From: Camelus ferus
Taxonomy: Eukaryota
Reading direction: 5' to 3'
Assembly: GCF_009834535.1 (NCBI RefSeq)
Contig: NC_045697.1
Span: 120,344,001 to 120,408,000, forward strand
DNA: 64,000 nucleotides
Position 1 is the stretch's first letter. Every line of letters starts with the position of its first letter. The notes beneath the pieces are model-generated. The model did no database searches. It was not told the DNA's origin and saw only the letters and a program-made list of their open reading frames with translations. Below are positions 13,356 to 26,878 of this stretch, one piece after another. The translations under genes were made by a program, and so were the position numbers.

Positions 13356-16300
13356 TTCTATCAGAACCAGGGCACTGCTGCATGTGGGAGGATCCTCCAA
13401 ACTCTCAGCATTAACAAACATGTCTTTGCTTGGGGGAATTGAGAAGCCCCACTCCACACATATGGCTGAGGGCACAAGTATTCCCTGTTAGGTAGAAGTC
13501 CGATAATTTCCTCTACAGACCATCATGGGGCACTCGCTGCTACTTGGATTTCCATCCCAACCCCCAGGATTTTCTTGCAGCCCGTCCTGGGGAATCACAC
13601 AAGGAAATGTATCTACTGGTGCTATTAGAACAAATGTGCTGCTGACAATTGTGGAAAACTTCGAACACTCACGATAACAGAGCACATATTTCTGTGTGTG
13701 ATGGAGTAGTAAAACACACCCCAGGCATTTTTTTGGGGATCCAGTTTTTCCCATGTTGGGAGATGTCGGCTAGATTCCTTCACTGCCCTTGGGGATGCAA
13801 TGACTTCTTCTTCGTTTTAAAGCCCAACTCCCAACTTTCCCTTGCATCCCAGTCTTGGATTATACCCAGGGATGACAGTTTAAGTGATTTTATCAGAGCT
13901 ACGATGCTGCTGTCTTTTTTAGGAACTTCCAGACGCTTAATATTCAGGATCACTGCTATGCATGGGGGTAGCTTTGGAGACCCACACCACAGAGATGGCT
14001 GGGGGCACATGTATTTCCCTGTTAGGGAGATGTCCACTAATTACCTCCACAGTCCATCTCGGGTCACTCACTGCTACATGGCTTTCCAGCGCAAGCGCAG
14101 CATTCCCTAGCAGGCCGGCCTGGGAAAACACTCAGGGATAATAAGCTATAGTTTGTATTGGAACCCAGTTGCTACCTACAGTTGTAGGCTCCTTCCCACA
14201 TCTGGGATAACAGAAGAAATCTTTGTGTGTCTGATGGAGATGGGTAAACAATCTCCACGCATGTTTCAGGGGGCACAGTTGTTCCAAGGATGTGGGACGT
14301 CGGAAAATTACCTCAAATTCTCATGGCGAGTATCTAACTGCTGCTACGAATTACAGCCAAACCCACAGCTTTACCTGGCAGCTAGGCGTGTGAAAAATCT
14401 CACGGAAAATAAAATACAGGTGCCATTAGAACCCAGGAGCTGCTGATATTTGTAGAATCCTCCCCATACTCAGGATAGCCGAACACATCTTTGTGTGTGT
14501 GATGGACTAGAAAAATGCACTCCACGCATATTTCTGGGGGTACAGCTGTTCCCAGGTTTTGGGATGTCGCCTAATTACCTCCACTGCCAATGGGGAGGCA
14601 ATCTATACTTCTTCGCTTTGCAGACAATCTCCCAAATTTCTCTTACAGCCCGGTCTAAGAAAACACCTAGGGATGACAATATTAGTGATTCTATCAGAAA
14701 CCCGGTGCTGCTGGATGTTGGAGGTACAATACAGACTCAAAATTCCGGAGCAAGCTTTGGCTTGGGCGTGGTGTGGAGCCCCACACCACACAGATGTCTG
14801 GGGTCACAGATTTTCCTTTTTTATGAGAAGTCTGCTATTTAACTCTACAGTCAATCTCTGTGCACTCGTTGCTACTTGGATTTGCAGCAGAACCCCCAGT
14901 TTTCCCTCACAACCCGCCCTGGAAAACACTCAGAGATTATAAGTTAATGGTTCTATTGGAACACAAGCACTGCAGACCGTTGTATTAACCTCCGCACACG
15001 CAGGATAACAGAAAATTTTTTGTGTGTCTCATTGAGATTGTAAAAACTCCACGCATGTTTCCGGGTGTACTTGTGTTCCTAGGTTGTGGGAGGTCAGATA
15101 CATCCCACTACAGCCCAAGGGGAAGTACTGGATCCTGCTTGGCTTTCCAGCACATCCCCCGGTTCCTATGCAACCTAGTCTGAGAAAACAATCAGGAAAT
15201 GTAGCTAAAGTTTCTATCAGAACCCCGGTGCTGCAGTCTGTTGTAGGAACTTCCACACACACAGGATTCCCAAACACGGATTTGCTTGGAATTGTTTTGA
15301 AGCCCCAATCCACACACATGGCTGGGGGCACAAGTTTTTCCCTGTTAGGTAGAAGTCCGCTAATTAGCTCTACAGTCCATCTCGGGCACCCACTGCTACT
15401 TGGAATTCCAGTCCAACCCCCATGTTTCCCTTGCAGCCCGGCCTGGTGTAACACAGAGTGAAAAGAAGCTAATGGTGCTATTCGAACCCATGCCCTGCTG
15501 ACAATTGTGGAAACCTTCGAACACTCAGGATAACAGAACTTATCTTTCTGTGTGTGATGGAGTAGGAAAACTCACTCCAGGCATTTTTGTGGGGATCCAG
15601 GTTTTCCCAGTTTGGGAGATGTCGGCTAGATTCCTTCAGGGCCCATGGGGGGGCACTGTCTTCTTCTTCATTTTCAAGCCCAAACCCAGCTTTCCCTTGT
15701 AGCCCGGACAAGTGAAACACCCATGGATGACAAATAAGTGATTCTGTCACAACCCCGGCGTTCCTGTCTGTTGGAGGAACCTCCAAACCTTCAGGATTCT
15801 GGAACACGTCCTTGAGTGTGGGGAGTTGTGAACCCCAATCCTCGCAGATGGATGGGGTCACAGATTTGTCCCTGTTAGGGGGAAGTCCACTAATTACCTC
15901 CAAAGTGCATCTTGGGGCACTCGCTGCTTCTTAGATTTTCAGTCTATCCCCCAGTTTTCACTCGCAGCCCGGCCTTGTAAAACACTCAGTGATAGTAAGC
16001 TAGGTTTCTATTTTAACCCAGGTGCTGCAGACAATTGTAGGAACCTCCCCACACTCAGAAAAAAAGAACACTACTTTGAGTGTCTGATTTAGATGGGTAA
16101 ACTAAGTCCACGCAAGTTTCATGTTGTATAGTCGTTCCAAGGTTGTGGGAGGTCTTATATTTACATCCAATGTCCATAGGGAGTCCCATCCAGGAGCTTG
16201 GATTCCAGCCCAACCCCCAGCGTTCCCTGGCATCCCGGCCTGTGAAAACACTCAGAGGAAAAAAGCTACAGTCTCTATAAGAACTAATGCGATCCTGACA

Positions 16301-19300
16301 GTTATAGAAACCTCTCTAAACTAAGGAAAACCGAACACAGCTTTGTGTGTGTGATGGAGTAGGAAAACACTGTAAGGCATGTCTCTGGGGTGCAGGTGTT
16401 CACAGGAAGTGAAATGTTGGCTAATTACTTCCACAGCCCATGGGGAAGCACTCTCAAATTCTTCCATATCCAGCCCTAATGCTAGCATTCCCTTGCAGCC
16501 CGACCGTGGAAAACACCCAGGGATGACAAACAAAATCATTCTATCAGAATCAGGGCACTGCTGTAGGTTGGAGGAACCTCCAAACACTCAGGATTAAGAA
16601 ACACGTCTTTGATTGGGGGAATTGTGAAGCCCCACACCACACACATGGCTGAGGGCACAAGTTTTTCCCTGTTAGGTAGAAGTCCGATAATTTCCTCTAC
16701 AGAACATCGTGGGGCACTCGCTGCTACTTGGATTTCCATCCCAACCCCCAGGATTCTCTTGCAGCCCGGCCTGGGGAATCACACATGGAAAAGTATCTAC
16801 TGGTGCTATTAGAACAAATGTGCTCCTGACAATTGTGGAAAACTTCGAACACTCATGATAACAGAGCACATTTTTCTGTGTGTGATGGAGTAGTAAAACA
16901 CGCTCCAGGCATATTCCTGGGGATCCAGTTTTTCCCAAGTTGGGAGATGGCTAGATTCATTCACTGCCCATGGGGATGCATTGATTTCTTCTTCGTTTAC
17001 AAGCCCAAGTCCCAACTTTCCCTTGCATCCCGGTCTTGGATTACACCCAGGGATGAAAGTCTAAGTAATTTTATCAGAGCTACGATGCTGCTGTCTTTTT
17101 TAGAAACTTCCAGACGCTTAGGATTCTGGTTCACGGCTATGCTTGTGGGTAGTTTGGAGACTAACACCACAGAGTTGGCTGGGGGCACTGGTTTTTCCCT
17201 GTTATGGAGATGTCCGCTAATTACCTCCACAGTACATCTCGGGGCACTCGCTTCTACTTGGATTTCCAGCGCAAGCGCAGCATTCCCTAGCAGGCCGGTC
17301 TGGGAAAACACACAGGGATAATATGTTATTGATTGTCATGGAACCCAGTCTCTACCTAACGTTGTAGGAACCTTCCCACAACTAGGATAAAATAAGAAAC
17401 ATTTGTGTTTCTGATGGAGTTGGGTAAACAAACTCCAAGCATTTATCAGGGGGCTTAGGTGTTCCAAGTCTGTGGGACGTCGGAAAATTACCTCAAATTC
17501 TCATGGGGTTAACTCGCTGCTGCTACGAATTACAGCCAAGCCCACAGTTTTACCTCGCAGCCAGGCCTGTGAAAACTCTCACTGAAAACAAAATATTGGT
17601 GCTTCTAGAACCCAGGCGCTGCTGAAATTTGTAGAATCCTCCCCAAACTCAGGATAGCAGAACAAATTTTTGTGTGTGTGATGGTGTAGGAAAATACACT
17701 CCAGGCATGTTTCAGGGAGTACAGCTGTTCCCAGGTTTGGAGATTTCGCCTAATTAACTCCAATTCCAATGGGGTGGCACTCTATACTTCTTCGCTTTCC
17801 AGACCAACTCCCAGCTTTCCTTTGAAGCCCGGCCTAAGAAAACTCCTAGGGATGACAATATTAGTGATTTTATCAGAACACCCGCTCTGCTGCCTGTTGG
17901 AGGTACAACACACACTCAAAATTCAGGAACATGGCTTTGCTTGGTGGAGGTGTGGAGACCAACACCACAAGATGCCTGGGGGCACAGTTTCTCTCTGTCT
18001 GGGAGAAGTCCACTAATTACATCTACAGTCAAATTCTGGGCAATCATTGCTAATTGTGTTTCCAGGCGAACCCCCTGTTTCCCTCGCTTCCCGCCTGGAA
18101 AACACTCAGAGATTATAAGCTAGTGGTTCTATTGGAACCCAGGCACTGCAGACCATTGTAGGAAGCTCCGCACACGAAGGATAAAAGAACACTTTTTTTG
18201 TGTATGATTGAGATGCTAAAAACACCACGCATGTTTCAGGGGGTACAGGTTTTCCTAGGTTGGGGGAGGTCAGATTATTCCCATTAATGCCCATGGGGAG
18301 GTAATCGCTCCTGCTTGGATTTCCATCACATCCCCCAGTTTCCCTTACAACCCAGCCACAGAAAACAGTCAGGAAATTTAGCTAAAATTTCTATTAGAAC
18401 CCAGGCGTTGCTCACAGTTGTAGAAACCTCCCCATACACAGGGAAACATAACAATTCTTTGTGTGTGTGATGGAGTAGGAAAACACACTCCATGCATGTA
18501 ACTGGGGTGCAAGTGTAACCAGGATGTGAGTCGTTGGCTAACTATCTCCACAGCCCATGGGAAGGCACTCTGGTTTTCTTCGTTTTCCAGCCCTACTCCA
18601 AGCTTTCCCTTGCAGCCCGGGTAAGGAAAACACCCAGGGATGACAAACTAAGTGATTCTATCAGAACCAGGGCGCTGCTGTATGTTGGAGGAACCTCCAA
18701 ACACTCAGGATTAACAAACACGTCTTTGCTTGGGGGAATTGTGTAGCCTCAATCCACAAACATGGCTGAGGGCACAAGTTTTTCCCTGTTAGGTAGAAGT
18801 CCGATAATTTCCTCTACAGACCATCTCGGGCACCCGCTTCTACTTGGATTTCCATCCCATCCCCTATGATTTTCTTGCAGCCCGGCCTGGGGAAACACAC
18901 AAGGAAATGTATCTACTGGTGCTATTAGAACAAAAGCGCTGCTGACAATTGTGGAAAACTTCGAACACTCACGATAACAGAGCACATCTTTCTGTGTGTG
19001 ATGGAGTAGGAAAACACATTCCAGGCATTTTGCTAGGGATCCAGGTTTTCCCAGGTTGGGAGTTGTCGGCTAGATTCCTTCAGTGCCCATGGGGTGGCAC
19101 TGTCTTCTACTTCATTTTCAAGCCCTACTCCCAGCTTTCCCTTGCAGCCCGGACAATGAAACACCCATGGATGACAAATAAGTGATTCTATCAGAACCCC
19201 GGCATTGCTGTCTGTTGGAGGAACCTCCAAACCTTCACGATTCTAGAACACGTTTTTGAGTGTGTTGAGTTGTGTAACCCGAATACACGCAGATGAATGG

Positions 19301-19980
19301 GGTCACAGATTTGTCCCTGTTATGGAGAAGTCCGCTAATTACCTCCACAGTACATCTTGGGGCACTCGCTGCTTCTTAGATTTTCAGTCTATCCCCCAGA
19401 TTTCACTCGCAGCCCAGCCTTGAAAACACTCAGTTATAATAAGCTATGTTTTTATTGGAACCCAGGTGCTGCAGAAAATTGTAGGAACCTCCCCACACTC
19501 AGAATAACAGAACAATACTTTGAGTGTCTGATTTAGATGGGTAAACTAAATCCATGCATGTTCCAGGTTTTATAGGCGTTCCTAGTTTGTGGGAGTTCGG
19601 ATATTTACAACCACAGTCCATGGGGAGTCCCTTGATTTTCTTGGATTCCAGCCCAACCCCCAGCGTTCCCTAGCATCCCGGCATGTGAAAACACTCAGGG
19701 AAAAAAGCTACAGTTTCTATAAGATCTAAGGCGATCCTGAAAGTTGTAGAAACCTCCCTACACTAAGGAAAACAGAACACAGCTTTGTGTGTGTGATGGA
19801 GTAGGAAAACACAGTAAGGCATGTCTCTGGGGTGCAGTGGTTTGCAGGATGGGAAATGTTGGGTAATTACCTCCACTGCCCATATGGAAGCACTCTCTTC
19901 TTCTTCGATATCCAGCCCTAATCCTAGCATTCCCTTGCAGCCCGACCTTGGAAAACACCCAGGGATGACAAACAAAATAC
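13356..19980 (+). repeat. 25-mer HOR copy 3 (12-mer 13356-16538 plus 13-mer 16539-19980), second half more diverged
   Basis: Same subtype order; length 6625; ORF analogues at 13649 vs 7016 and 14495 vs 1227; small indels accumulate after about 16900. Confidence 0.9.
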
Positions 19981-22900
19981 TTCTATCAGAACCAGGGTGC
20001 TGATGTATGTTGGAGGAACCTCCAAACGCTCAGGATTAACAAACACATCGTTGCTTGGGGAAATGTGAAGCCCCACTCCACACAGATGGCTGAGGGGACT
20101 GGTTTTTCCCTGTTAGGTAGAATTCCGCTAATTACCTCTACAGGCCATCGTGGGGCACTCGCTGCTACTTGGATTTCCATTCCAACCCCCAGGATTCCCT
20201 TGCAGCCTGTCCTGGGGAAACATAGAGGGAAAAGAATCTACTGGTGCTATTAGATCACATGCGCTGCTGACAATCGTGGAAAACTTCGAACACTCATGAT
20301 AACAGAGCACATCTTTCTGTGTGTGATGGAGTAGTAAAACACACCCCATGCATTTTTCTGGGAATCCAGTTTTTCCCAGGTTGGGAGATTTCGGCTAGAT
20401 TCCTTCACTGCCCATGGGGATGCGTTGACTTCTTCTTTGTTTTCAAGCCCAACTCCCAACTTTCCCTTTAATCCCGGTCTTGGATTATACCCAGGGATGA
20501 AATTCTAAGTGATTTATCAGAACTACGATGCTGCAGTCATTTTTAGGAACTTCCAGACCCTTAGGATTCTGGATCACGTCTATGCTTGGGGGTAGCTTTG
20601 GAGACCCACACCACTGAGATGGCTGGGGGCACAGGTTATTCCCTGTTAGGGAGATGTCCGCTAATTACCTCCACAGTCCATCTCGGGTCACTCGATGCTA
20701 CATGGCTTTCCAGCGCAAGCGCAGCATTCCCTCGCAGGCCGTCCTGGGAATACATTTAGTGATATTAAGCCAGTTTTCCTATTGGAGCCCAGGTGCTGCA
20801 GAACATTGTAGGATACTCCCCACACCCAGGAAAAGAGAACACTTTTTGTGTGTCAAATGCAGTTTGGTATACAATCTCCACGCGTGTTTCAGGGGGTTAA
20901 TGTGTTCCTAATTAGTGGGAGTTCGGGTAATTCCCTCCAAAGCCAATGGGGAGGCACTCGTTCCTGCTTGGTTTTCCAGCCCAACCCCCAGCTTTCCCTC
21001 TCAGCACGGCTTGGGAAAACACTCAGGGATAATATGCTATTGGTTGTATTGGAACCAATTCACTATCTACCGTTGTAGGCTCGTTCCCACATCTGGGATA
21101 ACAGAAGAAATCTATATGTGTCTGATGGAGATGGGTAAAAAAACTCCATGCATGTTTCAGGTGGCACAGGTGTTCCAAGGATGTGGGACGTCAGAAAATT
21201 ACCTCAAATTCTCATTGGGAGTATCTCACTGCTGCTATGAATTACAGCCAAACCCACAGCTTTTCCTCGCAGCTAGGTGTGTGGAAACACTCACAGAAAA
21301 GAAAAGACGTGCTATTAGAACCCAGGCGCTGCTGATATTTGTAGAATCCTTCCCACACTCAGGATAACAGAACACATCTTTGTGTGTGTGATGGTGTAGA
21401 AATATAACCTCCAGGAATAATTCAGGGGGTACAGCTGTTCCCAGGTTTTGAGATGTCGCCTAATTACCTCCAATGCCAATGGGGAGGCAATCTATACTTC
21501 TTCGATTTGCAGACAATCTCCCAAATTTCCATTACAGCCCGGCCTAGAAAACACCTACTGTTGGCAATATTAGTGATTCTATCAGAAAACAGGCGATGCT
21601 GTCTGTTGGAGGTACAACACAGACTCAAAATTCTGGAGCAAGGATTGGCTTGGGGGAGGTTTGGAGCCCCACACCACACAGATGCCTGGGGTCACAGATT
21701 TTCCTTGTTTATGAGAAGTCTGTTAATTACATCTACAGTCAATCTCTGGGCACTCGTTGCTACTTGGATTTCCAGCCGAACCCCCAGCTTTCCCTTGCAC
21801 CCCGCCCTGGAAAACACTCAGAGAAAATAAGTTAATGGTTCTATTGGAACACAAGCACTGCAGAACGATGTAGGAACCTCCGCACACGCTGGATAACAGA
21901 AAAAATTTTTTTTCTCTCATTGTGATGGTAAAAGCTCCACGCATGTTTCAGGGTGTACTGGTGTTCCTAGGTTGTGGGAGGTCAGATATATCCCACTACA
22001 GCCCATGGGGAAGTACTGGAACCTGCTTGGCTTTCCAGCACATCCCCCAGTTTCCTATGCAGCCCAGCCTGAGAAAACAATCAGGAAATGTAGCTAAAGT
22101 TTCTCTCAGAAACACGGTGCTGCACTCTGTTGTAGGAACTTCCACACACAGAGGATTCCCAAACACGGCTTTGCATGGAAGAGTTTTGAAGCCCCAAACC
22201 ACACACATGGCTGGGGGCACAAGTTTTTCCCTATTAGGGTGAAGTCCGCTTATTTGCTCTACAGTCCATCTCGGGCACCCTCTGCTACTTGGAATTCCAG
22301 CCCAAAACCCATATTTCCCTTGCAGCCCGGCCTGGGCTAACACAGAGTGAAAAGAAGCTATTGGTGCTATTCGAACCCATTATCTGCTGACAATTGTGGA
22401 AACCTTCGAACACTCAGGATAACAGAACATATCTTTCTGTGTGTGATGGAGTAGGAAAACACACTCCAGGCATTTTCCTGGGGATCCAGGTTTTCCCAGG
22501 TTGGGAGATGTCGGCTAGATTCCTTCAGGGCCCATGGGGGGGCACTGAATTCTTCTTCGTTTTCAAGCCCAATTCCCAGCTTTCCCTTGCAGCCCGGACA
22601 AGTGAAACACCCATGGATGACAAATAAGTGATTCTATCAGAACCACGGCGTTGCTGTCTGTTGGAGTAACCTCCAAAAATTCGGGAATTTGAAACACGTC
22701 TTTGAGTGTGGGGAGTTTTGGAACCCCAATGCACACAGATGGATGGGGTCACAGATTTATCCCTGTTAGGGAGAAGTCCGCTAATTACCTCCATATTGCA
22801 TCTTGTGGCACTCGCTGCTTCTTAGATTTTCAGAATATACCACAATTTTCACTGGAAGCCCGGGCTTTTAAAACACTCAGTTATAAAAAGCTAGGTTTCT

Positions 22901-25900
22901 ATTTTAACCCAGGTGCTGCAGACAATTGTAGGAACTTCCCAACACTCAGAATAACAGAACAACACTTTGAGTGTCTGATTTAGATGGGTAAACTAAATCC
23001 ACGCATGTTTCAGGGTGTATAGGCGTTCCTAGATTTTGGGATGTCCGATATTTACATCCACTGTCCATGGGGAGTCCCTTGCAGTTTCTTGGATTCCATC
23101 CCAACCCCCAGCATTCCCTCGCATCCCGGCATGTGAAAACACTCAGGGAAAAAAGCTACAGTTTCTATAATAACTAAGGCGATCCTGAGAGTTGTAGAAA
23201 CCTCCCTACACTAAGGAAAACAGAACACATCTTTGTGTGTGTGATGGAGTAGGAAAACACAGTAAGGCATGTCTCTGGGGTGCAGGTGTTCGCAGGATGG
23301 GAAATGTTGGCTAATGACCTCCACTGCCCATGGGGAAGCACTCTCTTCTTCTTCGATATCCAGCCCTAATCCTAGCATTCCCTTGCAGCCCGACCGTGGA
23401 AAACACCCAGTGATGACAAACTAATACATTCTATCAGAACCAGGGCGCTGCTGTAAGTTGGAGGAACCTCCAAACACTCAGGATTAACAAACACGTCTTT
23501 GCTTGGGGAATTGTGAAGCCCCACTCCACACACATGGCTGAGGGGACAAGTTTTTCCCTGTTAGGTAGAGTCCGTTAATTACCTCTACAGAATATCGTGG
23601 GGCACTCGCTGCTACTTGGATTTCCTTCCCAATCCCCAGGATTCACTTGCAGCCCGGCCTGGGATACACACAAGGAAAATGACCTACAGGTGCTATTAGA
23701 TCACATGCGCTGCCAAAAATTGTGGAAAACTTCGAACACTCATGATAACAGAGCACATCTTTCTGTGTGTGATGGAGTACTAAAACACACTCCAGGCATT
23801 TTTCTGGGGATCCAGTTTTTCCCAGGTTGGGAGTTGTCGTCTAGTTTCCTTCACTGCCCATGGGGATGCATTGTCTTCTTCTTCATTTGAAGCCCAACCC
23901 CCAAATTTCCCTTGCATCCCAGTCTTGGATTATACACAGGGATGACAGTCTAAGTGATTTTATAAGAGCTACGATGCTGCTGTCTTTTTTAGGAACTTCC
24001 AGAGTCTTAAGATTCTGGATCACGGCTATGCTTGGGTGTATCTTTGGAAACCCACACCACAGAGATGGCTGGGGGCACAGGTTTTTCACTGTTAGGGAGA
24101 TGTCCGCTAATTACCTCCACAGTCCATCTTGGGTCACTCGATGCTACATGGCTTTCCAGCGCAAGCGCAGCATTCCCTCGCAGGCCGTCCTGGGAATACA
24201 TTTAGTGATAATAAGCCAGTTTTCCTATTGGAACCAAGGTGTTTCAGAACATTGTAGGATACTTCCCACACCCAGGAAAAGAGAACACTTCTTTGTGTGT
24301 CTCATGCAGTTTGGTAAAGAGACTCCACGATTGTTTCAGGGGGTTTAGGTGTTCCTAGTTTGTTGGAGTTTGAGTAATTCCCTCCAAACCCCATGGGTAG
24401 GCACTCGCTCCTGCTTGGCTTTGCAGCCAAACCCCCAGCTTTCCCTCTCAGCCCGGCCTGGGAAATCACTCAGGGATAATAATTTATTGGTTGTATTGGA
24501 ACCCAGTCGCTACCTTCCGTTGTAGGCTCCTTCCCACATCTGGGATAACAGAAGAAATCTTTATGTGTCTGATGGAGATGTGTAAATAAACTCCACGCAT
24601 GTTTCAGGGGGCAGAGATGTTCCAAGGCTGTGGGACGTCGGAAAATTACATCAAATTCTCATGGGGAGTATCTCATTGCTGCTACGAGTTTCAGCCAAAC
24701 CCACAGGTTTACCTCGCAGCTAGGCGTTTGAAAACACTCACGGAAAAGGAAATACTGGTGCTATTAGAACCAAGGCACTGCTGATATTTGTAGAATCCTC
24801 ACCACACTCAGGATAGCAGAACAAATCTTTGTGTGTTTGATGGTGTAGAAAAATAAACTCCAGGCATATTACTGGGGGTACAGCTGTTCCCAGGTTTGGA
24901 GATGTCGCCTAATTACCTCCACTACCAATGGGGAGGCAATCTATACTTCTTTGCTTTGCAAACCATCTCCCAAATTTCCCTTAAAGCCCGGCCTAAGAAA
25001 ACACCTAGTGATGACAATATTAGTGATTCTATCAGATATCCTGCGCTGCTGTCAGTTGGAGGTACAACACAGACTCAAAATTCCGGAGCAAGGATAGGCT
25101 TGGGGGAATTCTGGAGCCCCAAACCACACAGAGGCATGGGGTCAAATATTTTCCTTGTTTATGAGAAGTCTTCCAATTACCTCTACAGTCAATTTCTGGG
25201 CACTCGTTTCTACTTGGATTTCCAGCCGAAACCCGAGTTTTCCCTCGCCGCCCGCCCTGAAAAACACTCAGAGATAATAAGTTAATGGTTCTATTGGAAC
25301 ACAAGCAATGCCGACCGTTGTAGGAACCTCAGCACACGCAGGATAAAAGAAAAATTTTTTTGTGTCTCATTGAGATGGTAAAAGCTCCACGCATGTTTCC
25401 GTGTGTACAGGTGATCCTAGGTTGTGGGAGGTCAGATACATCCCACTACAGCACATAGGGAAGTACCCGCTCCTGCTTGGCTTTCCAGCCCATCCCCTAC
25501 TTTCCTATGCAACCCAGCCTGAGAAAACAATCAGGAAATGTAGGTAAAGTTTCTATCAGAAACCCGGATCTGCAGTCTGTTGTAGGAACTTCCACACACA
25601 CAGGATTCCCAAACACGGGTTTGCTTGGAAGAGTTTTGAAGCCCCAATCCACACACATGGCTGGGGGAACAAGTTTTTCCCTGTTAGGGAGAAGTCCGCT
25701 AATTAGCTCTACAGTCCATCTCGGGCAACCGCTGCTACTTGGAATTCCAGCCCAACCCCCATTATTCCCTTGCAGCCCGGCCTGGTGTAACACAGAGGGA
25801 AAAGAAGCTATTGGTGCTATTCGAACCCATGCCCTGCTGACAATTGTGAAAACCTTCAAACACTCAGGATAACAGAACATATCATTCTGTGTGTGATGGA

Positions 25901-26878
25901 GTAGGAAAACACACTCCAGGCATTTTTCTGGGGATCCATGTTTTCCCAGTTTGGGAGATGACTTCTAGATTCCTTCAGTGCCCATGGGGTGGCACTGTCT
26001 TCTTCTTCATTTTCAAGCCCAACTCCCAGTTTTCCTTTGCAGCCCGGACAATTTAAACACCCATGGATGACAAATACGTGATTTTGTCACAACCCAGGCG
26101 TTGCTGTCTGAAGGAGGAACCTCCAAACTTTCAAGTTTCTGTAACACGCCTTTTAGTGTGGCGTGTTGTGTAACCCCAATCCACGCAGATGAATGGGGTC
26201 ACAGATTTGTCACTGTTAGAGTGAAGTCCGCTAATTACCTCCACATTGCGTCTTGGGGCACTCGCTGCTTCTTAGATTTTCAGTCTATCCCCCAGTTTTC
26301 ATTCGCAGCCTGGCTTGTAAAACACTCAGTGATAATAAGCTAGGTTTCTATTGGAACCCAGGTGCTGCAGACAATTGTAGGAATCTCCCCACACTCAGAA
26401 TAATAGAACAATACTTTGAGTGTCTGATTTAGATGGGTAAACTAAATCCACGCATGTTTCAGATTGTATAGGCGTTCCTATGTTGCGGTAGATCGGATAT
26501 TTACATCCACTGTCCATGGGGAGTCCCTTGCAGTTGCTTGGATTTCAGCCCAACACCCAGCGTTCCCTCGCATCCCGGCCTGTGAAAACACTCAGGGAAA
26601 AATAGATACAGTTTCTATAAGAAATAAGGCTCTCTTGACATTTGTGGAAAACTCCCAACACTAAGGAAAACAGAATACAGCTTTGTGTGTGTGATGGAGT
26701 AGGAAAACACAGTAAGGCATGTCTCTGGGGTGCAGGTGTTGGCAGGATGTGAAATGTTGGCTAATTACCTACACAGCTCATGGGGAATCACTCTCTTCTT
26801 CTTCGAAATCCAGCCCTAATCCTAGCATTCCCTTGCAGCCCGATCGTGGAAAACACCCAGCGATGACAAACTAAATTA
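19981..26878 (+). repeat. Two tandem diverged 13-mer units (A B C N D E F G H I J K L): 19981-23428 and 23429-26878
   Basis: Lengths 3448 and 3450. Each contains the extra monomer N (cagaacattgtaggatact..., ...atgcagtttggta) at ~20777 and ~24224, which is absent upstream. Confidence 0.88.
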
